From contig CAWFFF010000012.1 of NCBI GenBank assembly GCA_963814995.1, forward strand, positions 140 to 64,139: DNA of 64,000 nucleotides. The letters are read 5' to 3'. Position numbers and translations under genes: made by a program. The notes under the pieces are model-generated. The model ran no database searches, had not been told where the DNA came from, and worked only from the letters and a program-made list of their open reading frames with translations. The stretch comes from an uncultured Actinomycetes bacterium (GTDB lineage Bacteria > Actinomycetota > Acidimicrobiia > IMCC26256 > PALSA-610). Below are positions 28,090-36,509 of the stretch, piece after piece (within the stretch, counting starts at the first letter, position 1; the number at the start of each line of letters is the position of its first letter).

Positions 28090-28749
28090 ATGCGGTTGCT
28101 CGTGGCGCGCTGCTCGGTCACGTACGAGGGCAAGCTCGGGGCCCGGCTCGGTCCGGCGCTGCGGCTCGTGCTCTGCAAGGCCGACGGATCGATATCGATT
28201 CACTCCGACGCGGGCGCGTACAAGCCGCTCAACTGGATGAACCCGCCGTGCACGATCGAGGAGTCGGCCGACGCGATCGTGGCACGCGCTCCGAAGGGCG
28301 AGACGCTCCGCATCGAGCTGCACGAGATCGTGCAGGACACGCGCTACGACCTGGGCGTCGACCCGGGACTCGAGAAGGACGGCGTCGAGGCCGAGCTCCA
28401 ACAGCTCCTCGCCGCGCGTGTCGCCGCGCTCCGCGAAGACCTTCTGCTGATCCGGCGCGAGTATCCGACCGACATCGGCCCCGTCGATCTCCTCTGCCGC
28501 GACGGCGAAGGGCGCACCATCGTCGTCGAGGTCAAGCGCATCGGTGAGATCGCAGGCGTCGACCAGCTCCTGCGGTACCAGGAGCGCCTCGACCGCGACC
28601 CCGGGCTCGCTCCCACCACGGGCATCCTCGTCGCGCAGCTCATCAAGCCCCAGGCGAAGGTCTATGCGGCGAGCAAGGGCGTGGCGTGCATCGAGATCGA
28701 CCTGAACCAACTGCGCGACGGCGTCGACCCCGACCTCACGCTGTTCTAG
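28090..28749 (+). CDS. nucS: Endonuclease NucS (EndoMS, mismatch-specific)
   Basis: Full-length match to the NucS pattern: MRLLVARCSVTYEGKLGA..., YKPLNWM, GPVDLLCRD..G..IVVEVKR, DQLLRY. Confidence 0.9.
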   Translation: MRLLVARCSVTYEGKLGARLGPALRLVLCKADGSISIHSDAGAYKPLNWMNPPCTIEESADAIVARAPKGETLRIELHEIVQDTRYDLGVDPGLEKDGVEAELQQLLAARVAALREDLLLIRREYPTDIGPVDLLCRDGEGRTIVVEVKRIGEIAGVDQLLRYQERLDRDPGLAPTTGILVAQLIKPQAKVYAASKGVACIEIDLNQLRDGVDPDLTLF

Positions 28750-28770
28750 CCACACGAGGCCGTGTGCGCG

Positions 28771-30772
28771 TCACTCGTGCGCGGCGTCGTCGAACTTCGT
28801 GTAGTCGCCGTTGAACACGAGCTTGGTCGCCCCGACCGGCCCGTTGCGGTGCTTGGCGATGATGATCTCGGCCAGACCGCGCTGGTCGGACTCCGGGTTG
28901 TAGTACTCGTCGCGGTAGATGAAGAGCACGACGTCGGCGTCCTGCTCGATGCTGTTGTGCACCACGATGTCGCCGGCAACGAAGTTGTGCGTCCGCGCGA
29001 CCGTCGCGTCGAACACAGGCTCCGTACCCCGGGGCTCGATCGCCACGACCTCGTCCCAGAGCACGTCGCTCGCACCGAGGTCGGCGAGGAACTGATCGGG
29101 AAGCGCTTCGGCGATCCGACCCATCAGCGAACGCGACACGCCTTCTTCGTACACGCGGTGGCGTCCGCCCGCCGATCCGCTCAGCCGCTCCACCAGATCG
29201 TGGGCGCGCAGGGAGCCGTTCACGAGCAGACCCTTGCGCTCGATGTAGTCCCAGACCTCGCGCGGGAACGGAGTCGCGGCGCGGATCGACCTCGGGGCCG
29301 GTGACGCGCGACGACGCGACGTGCGTGCCGACCGTGATGTCGGTGAGATGCACCCACCCGTCGAGGGTGAGGAACGGATGGTTCGCGCTCGCGGTGACGC
29401 GCCGGCCCGACGCAAGCTGCAACTCGAACACCGGCTTCGAACCGCTGCAGAAGACGTGGGCCATCACGCCCGGGACCAGCCGGAGATGCTCGTCGAGCGT
29501 GAGCACCTCGACGTCGCGTGCGCCGGCCTCGTACAGCGCGCCCATCGTGGCGGTCGTGCCGTCGGCGAGCGCGATCTCGGTGCCGGCGACGAGGCAGCCG
29601 GACTCGCGCAGGTCGGCGAGCATCGGCCGCTTGTCGGAGCGGTACTCGAGCTGACGGTTGAGCTGCGAGAGGGTGATCACGGGCGCTTCGAGCTCGCGCG
29701 CCAGGATCTTCAACCCGCGCGAGAGCTCGGAGACCTCGACCTGGCGGTTCTCCGACCGCCCGGGCGTCGACATCAGCTGGAGGTAGTCGACGACGATCAG
29801 CCCGAGGTCGCCGTAGCGGGCCTTGACCCGCCGGGCCTTGGCTCGCATCTCCATGACGGTGCAGTGTGGGTTGTCGTCGATGAAGAACGGGGCTTCGGCG
29901 AGCCGGCCGATCGCCTGGTTGACGCGCGGCCACTCGTGCTCCGAGAGCTTGCCGGTCTGCAGCTTGCGCGACTGCACGCGCGCTTCGGCGGCGAGGAGCC
30001 GCTTGGTGAGCTCGAGGTAACCCATCTCCATCGAGAAGAAGAGCACCGGCTTGCGGCCGACGAGCGCGACGTGTTGCGCCATTCCGAGCGCCAGCGACGT
30101 CTTCCCCTGTCCGGGACGCGCCGCGATGATCGTGAGGGTCGACGGCTGCATGCCGAGCAACAGGGCGTCGAGATCGCGAAAGCCCGTGGCGGTGCCGACG
30201 ATGTCGCCTTGATGGCCGTACAGCGCCTCGAGCTGGTTCATCGTCTCTTCGAGCGCGGGGTACAGCGGCATGAGCGTGTCGGCGACGCGCCGTTCGGCGA
30301 CCTCGAAGATCGCGGCCTCGGCGCGGTCGAGCGTGTCGTCGACCGCGTCCTCCGCCGCGTACGCCATCTCCTGGATGCCGCCCGCGGTCTCGATGAGCCG
30401 CCGTAGCATCGAGAGCTCGCCGACGATCTGGGCGTAGTGCGACGCGTTCGCCGACGCCGGCGTGGAGGCCTGGATCCGCACGAGCGTCTGGCGGCCGCCG
30501 AGTTGTTCGAGCAGCGACGCGCGCCGCAGCTCCTCGGCCACGGTCACCGGATCGACGGGCTCGCCCCGGCTGTGGAGTCCGTACGCGGCCTCGAAGATCG
30601 AGCCGTGCGCGGGCTTGTAGAAGTCGCTCGCCTCGAGGCGAGCCTCCACCGCGGCGGTGATCGCCTCACGGCTCAACATCATGGCCCCGAGCAGCGACTC
30701 CTCCGCTTCGAGGTTGTGCGGCGGGACGCGCGCACCGTTCGCCCGTCGTCGCGCATCCTCGATCGAGACCAT
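28771..30772 (-). CDS. dnaB: Replicative DNA helicase DnaB, interrupted by a mini-intein (plus one frame change inside the intein)
   Basis: N-extein with Walker A ARPGQGKTS, VVDYLQLM and ..LADLRESG. The C-extein SIEQDADVVLFIYRDEYY...AKHRNGP is in the frame of 28771..29415. The frame break lies at a GGGG run near ~29295. Confidence 0.9.
28954..29596 (-). mobile_element. DnaB mini-intein (about 214 aa) at the RESG|C ... HN|SIEQDAD site
   Basis: It starts CLVAGTEIALADG and ends NFVAGDIVVHN followed by S. ASANHPFLTLDGWVHL and SDVLWDEVVAIEPRGTEPVFDATV parallel the Ssp DnaB intein blocks. The 643-nt length (not a multiple of 3) confirms the internal indel. Confidence 0.85.
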
Positions 30773-30878
30773 CTGCCGTTACCGCCCTTCCCCGGAAGTG
30801 GGGACCATTGCATGCCGCAGTTGTGGGGTGGAAGGGGACAAGGCTGTGAATTGCGGGCCCCTCGCGGGGGATATCTCT

Positions 30879-31073
30879 CGATCCACAGCCCTGTGGACAA
30901 TCGCGCAGGGGTGCGCCATCAACGGGACCCGGCAGCCGGCGGGACCCGCGGCCGGAATCGCCGCTGGCAGGCGGGTGACAACGCGCCCGATTGGGCCCGC
31001 GGCCCGCTCTGCCTGGCGTGCGCCGCGCCTGTGCTCACCGCCGTCTCCCTGTGGACAGCGCGCGATGTCCACA
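30879..31073. promoter_or_regulatory. Two palindromic pairs of DnaA-box-like 9-mers upstream of dnaB
   Basis: cgATCCACA (30879-87) faces TGTGGACAA (30892-900, = TTGTCCACA). TGTGGACAg (31050-58) faces aTGTCCACA (31065-73). All lie in the 426-bp rplI-dnaB spacer. Confidence 0.5.
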
Positions 31074-31198
31074 GCGGAACGCCTCCGGGAACAATCGCTC
31101 GTGGAAATGACAACCATGTGATTCTCGCGAACGGGCGCGGTCCGGCTGAGGGACCTCCACCGGCGAGCGGCTCGGGCCCCGGAAGCCTCGCCGCCCGA

Positions 31199-31648
31199 TC
31201 AGTCGGCGGCTTCGACCTCGACGTGGACGGTCGCGACGACGTCGGGGTGCAGACGGATCTGCACGTCGGCGGCGCCGAGCTCCTTCAGCGGCTCGTCGAG
31301 TGCCAGCTTGCGGCGGTCGATCTCGGCCCCGGTCTGGCTCTGTACGGCCTCGGCGATATCGGACGCGGTCACCGAACCGAAGAGTCGGCCTTCCCCGCCC
31401 GCGCGCGCCTTGATCGAGATCGTGCGACCGGTGAACTGCGCCGCCAACGCCTCCGCGTTCTCACGCTCGCGGCGATCGCGCGCTTCACGGTTGCGCCGCA
31501 TCGCGTCGGCCTGCTTCTGGCTTCCGGAGGAAGCCTTCAACGCGAGGCCGCGCGGCACGAGATAGTTGCGGGCGTAGCCATCGGCAACGTCGACGAGGTC
31601 GCCCTTCTTACCGAGGTTGTCGACGTCGTCGCGGAGCACGATCCTCAT
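31199..31648 (-). CDS. rplI: 50S ribosomal protein L9
   Basis: MRIVLRDDVDNLGKKGDLVDVADGYARNYLVPRGLA... The ATG overlaps the rpsR stop (ATGA). Confidence 0.95.
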   Translation of the reverse strand: MRIVLRDDVDNLGKKGDLVDVADGYARNYLVPRGLALKASSGSQKQADAMRRNREARDRRERENAEALAAQFTGRTISIKARAGGEGRLFGSVTASDIAEAVQSQTGAEIDRRKLALDEPLKELGAADVQIRLHPDVVATVHVEVEAAD

Positions 31649-32115
31649 TCGCCGTCACCGCCGCTCGCGCCGCCGTCGGACAACTCGGCCGCGACGTCGT
31701 CGAAACCGGCTTCAACTGCCGCGATCTCATCGGGCGCGGCCCGCTCCTCGGACTCGATCGGGCCCGGGATGTCGCGCAGCTCGCCCTCGCGATCGCCGCG
31801 ATCCCCACGGTCGCCGCGATCGCCGCGATCGCGACGGCCCTTCGAGCGCTGCGTGACCTGCCGGACGCTGTACGGAAGCAGCGCCATCTCACGCGCGACC
31901 CGGATCGCTTTGGCGACGGCGACCTGCTGCTGCTGCGTGTTACCGGTGACGCGGCGCGCGCGCACCTTCGCCCGCTCCGACATGAACCGGCGGAGCAGGT
32001 TGACATCCTTGTAGTCGATCCAGTCGATGCTCTCCGTGATGAGGATCGACGTCTTCTTCTTGATCGGGCGCCGCTCCTTGCCGGGGGGCGCCTTCTTCTC
32101 TCTCCGTTGTGCCAT
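31645..32115 (-). CDS. rpsR: 30S ribosomal protein S18 with ~70-aa acidic/RDRGD-repeat C-terminal extension
   Basis: The core IDYKDVNLLRRFMSERAKVRARRVTGNTQQQQVAVAKAIRVAREMALLPY is followed by RRDRGDRGDRGDRGDREGE... up to residue 156. Confidence 0.9.
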   Translation of the reverse strand: MAQRREKKAPPGKERRPIKKKTSILITESIDWIDYKDVNLLRRFMSERAKVRARRVTGNTQQQQVAVAKAIRVAREMALLPYSVRQVTQRSKGRRDRGDRGDRGDRGDREGELRDIPGPIESEERAAPDEIAAVEAGFDDVAAELSDGGASGGDGE

Positions 32116-32133
32116 TCGATGATCCCTATCGGG

Positions 32134-32607
32134 TTAGAACGGCTCTTCGCCGTAGTCGTCGTATTTGTCGCCACCGGTCGCCGCGGGCGCGGCCGGCGCG
32201 GGACGCCGGGGCGGGCCGCCGCCCCCGTCGCCCGGACCGCTGCGCTCGACCTTGTGCACCTCGGCCGTCGCGAAGCGCAGGCTCGGTGCGACGTCGTCGG
32301 CGACGACTTCGACGATCGAGCGCTTCTCGCCGGCCTCGGTCTCCCAGCTGCGCTGTTCCAGCCGCCCGCTGACGACGACACGCGCGCCCTTGGTGAGCGA
32401 CGCGCCGACGTTCTCGGCGAGCTGGCGCCAGGCGACGACGTTGAAGAAGCTCGTCTGCTCGTCCCACTCCTGGGTCTGCTGGTTCCGCCAGGAACGATTC
32501 ACCGCGACGCCGAAGGTGACCTTCGAGACGCCGCTCGGCGTGTACCGCATCTCCGGGTCGCGGGTGATGTTGCCGGAGATCGTGATGCTGTTGGTATCCG
32601 TTGCCAT
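32134..32607 (-). CDS. ssb: Single-stranded DNA-binding protein
   Basis: OB-fold N-terminus (ITISGNITRDPEMRYTPSG...), Gly/Pro-rich linker and an acidic tip DDYGEEPF. Confidence 0.95.
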   Translation of the reverse strand: MATDTNSITISGNITRDPEMRYTPSGVSKVTFGVAVNRSWRNQQTQEWDEQTSFFNVVAWRQLAENVGASLTKGARVVVSGRLEQRSWETEAGEKRSIVEVVADDVAPSLRFATAEVHKVERSGPGDGGGGPPRRPAPAAPAATGGDKYDDYGEEPF

Positions 32608-32611
32608 GTCG

Positions 32612-32959
32612 CTACTCCCTATGCCTGCCGCCCGCAGCAGCGCCCGCAGCCTTCGGAGGTCCGTAGACCTTCTCCGGGATGCGCAGCACCATGTGGCGGA
32701 TCACTTCATCTGCCAGGGAGAGCGTCCGGGCCAGCTCCTCCATCGCCGGCGGATCGGCACGGGCCTGCAGGACTACGTAGTAGCCGTCGGTCTTGTGCTT
32801 GATCTCGTAGGCGAGGCGCCGCTTGCCCCAGAAGTCGACGTGGCCGCGCTCCGCGCCATTCGACTCGATGAGCTTCAGCCACCGTTCGACTGCAGCCCGG
32901 ATCGTCTCCTCTTCCAGGTCTGCATCGATGATGATCATGACTTCGTACGGACGCGTCAT
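32612..32959 (-). CDS. rpsF: 30S ribosomal protein S6
   Basis: MTRPYEVMIIIDADLEEE...WGKRRLAYEI.. with GAAGGAGG SD upstream. Confidence 0.95.
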   Translation of the reverse strand: MTRPYEVMIIIDADLEEETIRAAVERWLKLIESNGAERGHVDFWGKRRLAYEIKHKTDGYYVVLQARADPPAMEELARTLSLADEVIRHMVLRIPEKVYGPPKAAGAAAGGRHRE

Positions 32960-33161
32960 GCGCCGGTACCTCCTTCGGGCCGCCCGGTCAGGCCGCAGCG
33001 GGCCCCTTTGCCCGCCGGATGACCGGCGTCGCGGGGGCAGGATTCGGTTGTTGGAGAACCGGTGGAAGTTAGCAGATCACCTCGACTCGACCTATCGGCG
33101 CCGAACTTACAAGAGGGGTGAGACAGTTGCATGCGGCGACTGCACGCGGCGGCCGGGGCGC

Positions 33162-33677
33162 TCACGCGCACGCGCCGAGAGCCCCCGATCCCGCGGCGGA
33201 CCCGCCCGGGGTCTCGAGCGCGTAGCGGTACGGCGCCCTGCTCGCGTACTCGGGGCAGCCGGCGTCCGACCCCTCGGGGCACGGTTGCATCTCCGCCCGG
33301 TCGACGACCGCACCGGCTGCCGAGAACCACACGATGTCGAGCGGCAACAGCGTGTCGGCCATCGTGAAACGCGCGCTCGTGTCGCTCGGGTTCACGAACA
33401 GCATCCCGGCGTAGGGAGCGAGTGACCGCACCCCGCGCAGACCCTGCACCCGTTGACCGGGATCCGATGCGACCAGCACGCGCAGGCAGCGCCCGCCCAC
33501 GGCCACGCGTGCTTCGTCGAATTGCTCGAAGGGTGCGCGCGCCGTGGCCGTCGACGCGAAGCGGAGATGTCCCACCCCGCTCTCGTCCGAGCGGATCCGG
33601 ATCAACAGCGCCACCATGCCGACGAGCGCGCCCACCGCGACGACGGCTGCCGCCGCGATGCGGACGCGGGCCGGCAC
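33162..33677 (-). CDS. DUF192 domain-containing protein (membrane-anchored)
   Basis: N-terminal TM helix, then RCLRVLVASDPGQRVQGLRGV..GMLFV...FTMADTLLPLDIVWF, typical of DUF192/COG1430. Confidence 0.75.
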   Translation of the reverse strand: MPARVRIAAAAVVAVGALVGMVALLIRIRSDESGVGHLRFASTATARAPFEQFDEARVAVGGRCLRVLVASDPGQRVQGLRGVRSLAPYAGMLFVNPSDTSARFTMADTLLPLDIVWFSAAGAVVDRAEMQPCPEGSDAGCPEYASRAPYRYALETPGGSAAGSGALGACA

Positions 33678-33681
33678 CGGG

Positions 33682-34654
33682 CTACTGCGCGAGCTCGGGT
33701 TCGGCGGCGGCGCCGTAGAGACCGAGGGCGTCGGCCATCCGGTCGGTCATGTGGTACGTCTCGGTGCTCGCCGGGTAGGTGCCGCCCCGCACGTCTGCGC
33801 AGAAACGCTCGATCGACTCGGTCGCGACCATCTCCAGCGCGGCGTACGTGCGGACGAACTTGGGCGCGCGGTGCTCGGGACCCGCGAACCCGAGCAGGTC
33901 GTGCCACACGAGTACCTGCCCGTCGCAGTGACGTCCGGCGCCGATGCCGATCGTCGGGATCGCGACCGACTCCGTGATGACGCGCGCGACCGCGTCGGGA
34001 ACGCACTCGAGCACGATCGCGAAGCAACCGGCGTCGGCGAGTGCGCACGCGTCGTCGGCGAGCGCCTTGGCCGCGTCGAGCTCCTTACCCTGCACCTTGA
34101 AGCCGCCCAGCGCGTGGATCGACTGCGGGGTCAGGCCGATGTGGCCCATGACGGGGATCTCGGCGTCGAGGATCGCGTGCACCGCGTCGAGCCGCTTCCG
34201 CCCGCCCTCGAGCTTCACCGCACCCGCGCCCGCGCGGTACGAGACGCGCCGCGTTGTGCACGGTCTCGGCCGGGTTGACGTGGTAGCTGAGCCACGGGAG
34301 GTCGGCCACCACCAGAGCGCGCGGCTTCGTGCGCGCGACCGCGCCGACGTGGTGCGCCATGTCGTCGGTCGTGACCTGCAACGTGTCGTCGTAGCCCAAC
34401 ACGACCATCGCGACGGAGTCGCCGACGAGGATCAGGTCGGCGCCCGCGGCATCGACGGTTCGGGCCGACGGCGCGTCGTAGGCCGTGACCATGACGAGCG
34501 GCGCCTCACCGCCCTTGCGGGCGACGACGGCCGGGGCGGTCATCCGCCTCGGCGCGCTCGGGGTCGGGTTCGAAGTCGTGTCGGGCCCCGGCCCGGACAC
34601 GGGGATCGGCGCCGAATCCGGCGTCGCGTTTGCGGGCATCTCCGCCACCTCCAT
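33682..34654 (-). CDS. panB: 3-methyl-2-oxobutanoate hydroxymethyltransferase (one frame change as assembled)
   Basis: ..LVMVTAYDAPSAR..ILVGDS... is in the frame of 34085..34654. ..VKLEGG...PVMGHIGLTPQS...GGFKVQG... is in the frame of 33682..34218. There is an extra base near ~34237. Alternative starts are ATG 34639 (GGAGG 8 nt upstream) or 34543. Confidence 0.85.
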
Positions 34655-34738
34655 CCGTCCAGGGCACGTTCGGCTCCCGGCGGTCCCTGAAGCGTACCGG
34701 CGCGCAACCGCGTGTCACCAGCGGGCCACCGGCCACCC

Positions 34739-35074
34739 GTGCGGACGAGCCGAGCCCCCCGGCGAGCGCGAGGGAGCCATGCGAACGTGCGGACGAGCCG
34801 AGCCCCCCGGCGAGCGCGAGGGAGCCATGCGAACGTGCGGACGAGCCGAGCCCCCCGGCGAGCGCGAGGGAGCCATGCGAACGTGCGGACGAGCCGAGCC
34901 CCCAGGCGAGCGCGAGGGAGCCATGCGAACGTGCGGACGAGCCGAGCCCCCAGGCGAGCGCGAGGGAGCCATGCGAACGTGCGGACGAGCCGAGCCCCCA
35001 GGCGAGCGCGAGGGAGCCATGCGAACGTGCGGACGAGCCGAGCCCCCAGGCGAGCGCGAGGGAGCCATGCGAAC
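34739..35074. repeat. Tandem repeat, 7 x 48 bp, head-to-tail (units 1-3 differ from 4-7 by one C/A)
   Basis: The unit GTGCGGACGAGCCGAGCCCCC[C/A]GGCGAGCGCGAGGGAGCCATGCGAAC was read directly. Units abut with no spacers. Each unit contains GAGGGAG followed by ATG. Confidence 0.95.
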
Positions 35075-35270
35075 GAGGGACAATGCGTTCGTGCCGACGC
35101 GTACCTGCGAGAACTGCGGCGTCCCCGACGACGAGCTGGTGCCCGTCCGCCGGATCTACGTGGTGCCGCCGTCGTGGGACTCGCCCGGCTCCGAGACCGT
35201 CATGGCCGAACCGGAGCAATGGTGCGTGTCGTGTTGCTCGCAGTATCCGTGCGAGCTCGTCGACGACTGA
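35067..35270 (+). CDS. Small Cys-rich (CxxC...CxxCC) hypothetical protein; start ambiguous
   Basis: ..TCENCGVPDDELVPVRRIYVVPP...EQWCVSCCSQYPCELVDD looks like a zinc ribbon. Candidate starts are the ATG of the last repeat unit (35067) or GTG 35091 (GAGGGA 10 nt upstream). Confidence 0.4.
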   Translation: MRTRDNAFVPTRTCENCGVPDDELVPVRRIYVVPPSWDSPGSETVMAEPEQWCVSCCSQYPCELVDD

Positions 35271-35306
35271 ACAAGCGGGCGGCCGGGAGCTCGCCGAGAC
35301 GACGGA

Positions 35307-35672
35307 TCAGCTCGCGTGCAGGCGGCCGTGCAGCGACTGGCGGCGGAGGTGGTTCCACCGGCACTCGACGCACACCTCGACGTCGTAACAGGCGAATTCG
35401 TCGCACGACGCACCCAGCTTGCGGAGCTCGGCCGCGTTGCTGATGGCCCGGCCGTTGGCCTGCTTGAGCTTCTCGCCGTAGACGTACGAGACGAGACGGA
35501 GGTTGGTCGCGCCGCACACCGGGCACTCGTCGTCGATGTCGCTGCCGATGAACTGCGCGGCGCGCAGGAGCTCGGGATGGGCGTCACACACGTCGAGGCG
35601 GGTGAGCGTTCCCCGACGGAAATCGCGCAGAACCGCCCTGCGGGCCAGCGCGTAGTCGGTGACGCTCTGCAT
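35307..35672 (-). CDS. DUF5318 family protein
   Basis: [21 protein letters not shown]...[11 protein letters not shown]...CPVCG...CVECRWNHL. This conserved actinobacterial protein is typically found next to PadR-ino1. Confidence 0.75.
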   Translation of the reverse strand: MQSVTDYALARRAVLRDFRRGTLTRLDVCDAHPELLRAAQFIGSDIDDECPVCGATNLRLVSYVYGEKLKQANGRAISNAAELRKLGASCDEFACYDVEVCVECRWNHLRRQSLHGRLHAS

Positions 35673-35845
35673 CGGCCGAAAGTGTAGGTGCGCGCCGAAC
35701 GGGTTTGAACCGCGCGTCTCGCCTGCAGGTCGCGCGTGCGCGCCGGCACACGAACACCCCACCAGCCCCACGAGTCGACCTCGAACGCCACCGGAACCCG
35801 CCTTGGTGGCCGATTTCGGACAATACTCTCGGACAATGCTTGCGC

Positions 35846-35868
35846 CGATATATCGACTCGATATATCG
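35846..35868. promoter_or_regulatory. Twin palindromes CGATATATCG-ACT-CGATATATCG, putative PadR operator / divergent promoter
   Basis: Read directly. The site is AT-rich and ends 9 nt upstream of the padR ATG, in the DUF5318-padR divergent gap. Confidence 0.45.
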
Positions 35869-35876
35869 TGGTGCAC

Positions 35877-36509
35877 ATGTTGGAGCTGGCGGTACTCGGG
35901 TTGCTCGCAGAGCAGCCGCGCCACGGCTACGACCTGAAGAAGCGCCTCTCGGAGACCCTCGGACCCCTCTGGGGGATCTCGTTCGGATCTCTGTACCCGG
36001 CCCTGCGCCGGCTCGAGAAGTCGGGGGCGATCCGGGAGGTCGACGACACGACGGACCCGGCGGCCACCACCTCTTCGCCGCCCGGCACCTTCGTACCGAC
36101 CGGCTCGTTGAAGGGCGACCTCGCCGCGGCCCGGATGCGCCTGCGGGCCCGCCCGACACGCCGCACCCGCCGGGCCTATGCGATCACCGACCACGGCCGG
36201 GCCCTGTTCGCCGAGTTGCTGACCGACGAGGGCGACGACGACGAGCGCGCCTTCGCCGTCAAGCTCCTCTTCTGCGGCCATCTCGACCCGACCGCCCGGC
36301 TCGCGTTCCTCGAAAGGCGCCGCGCCCAACTCACCCAACGACTGGTCGCCGAACGCAAGCCCGCGACCCGTTCCATCGACCGTTACTCGCGCTCGCTCCT
36401 CGAGCACCGGGCCCGGTCCACCCAGCACGATCTCGATTGGATCGCCGAGCTGATCGCGCAAGAGCGCGCGGAGCAGTCCGGCGACCGAACCGAAGGAGCA
36501 ACCGCATGA
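35877..36509 (+). CDS. PadR family transcriptional regulator
   Basis: [52 protein letters not shown]. The stop overlaps the ino1 ATG (ATGA). Confidence 0.85.
   Translation: MLELAVLGLLAEQPRHGYDLKKRLSETLGPLWGISFGSLYPALRRLEKSGAIREVDDTTDPAATTSSPPGTFVPTGSLKGDLAAARMRLRARPTRRTRRAYAITDHGRALFAELLTDEGDDDERAFAVKLLFCGHLDPTARLAFLERRRAQLTQRLVAERKPATRSIDRYSRSLLEHRARSTQHDLDWIAELIAQERAEQSGDRTEGATA

Noticed and set aside
30779-31117. 112-aa ORF (minus strand) in the rplI-dnaB spacer
   Set aside because: It has no SD, an odd composition and no recognisable motif, and it overlaps the DnaA-box pairs. The spacer is treated as non-coding.
34739-35074. The 48-bp repeat array as a CRISPR array
   Set aside because: The units abut directly with no unique spacers. 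There is no leader-like AT-rich flank and there are no cas genes in the window. It is a plain tandem repeat.
34485-35270. 261-aa ORF as a genuine (GRAEPPGEREGAMRTC)x7 repeat protein
   Set aside because: Its first ~50-85 codons are antisense to panB coding sequence. No in-frame start exists between panB and the array. All three forward frames are open across the repeat with similar GC3. Only the C-terminal Cys-rich part is reported, at low confidence.
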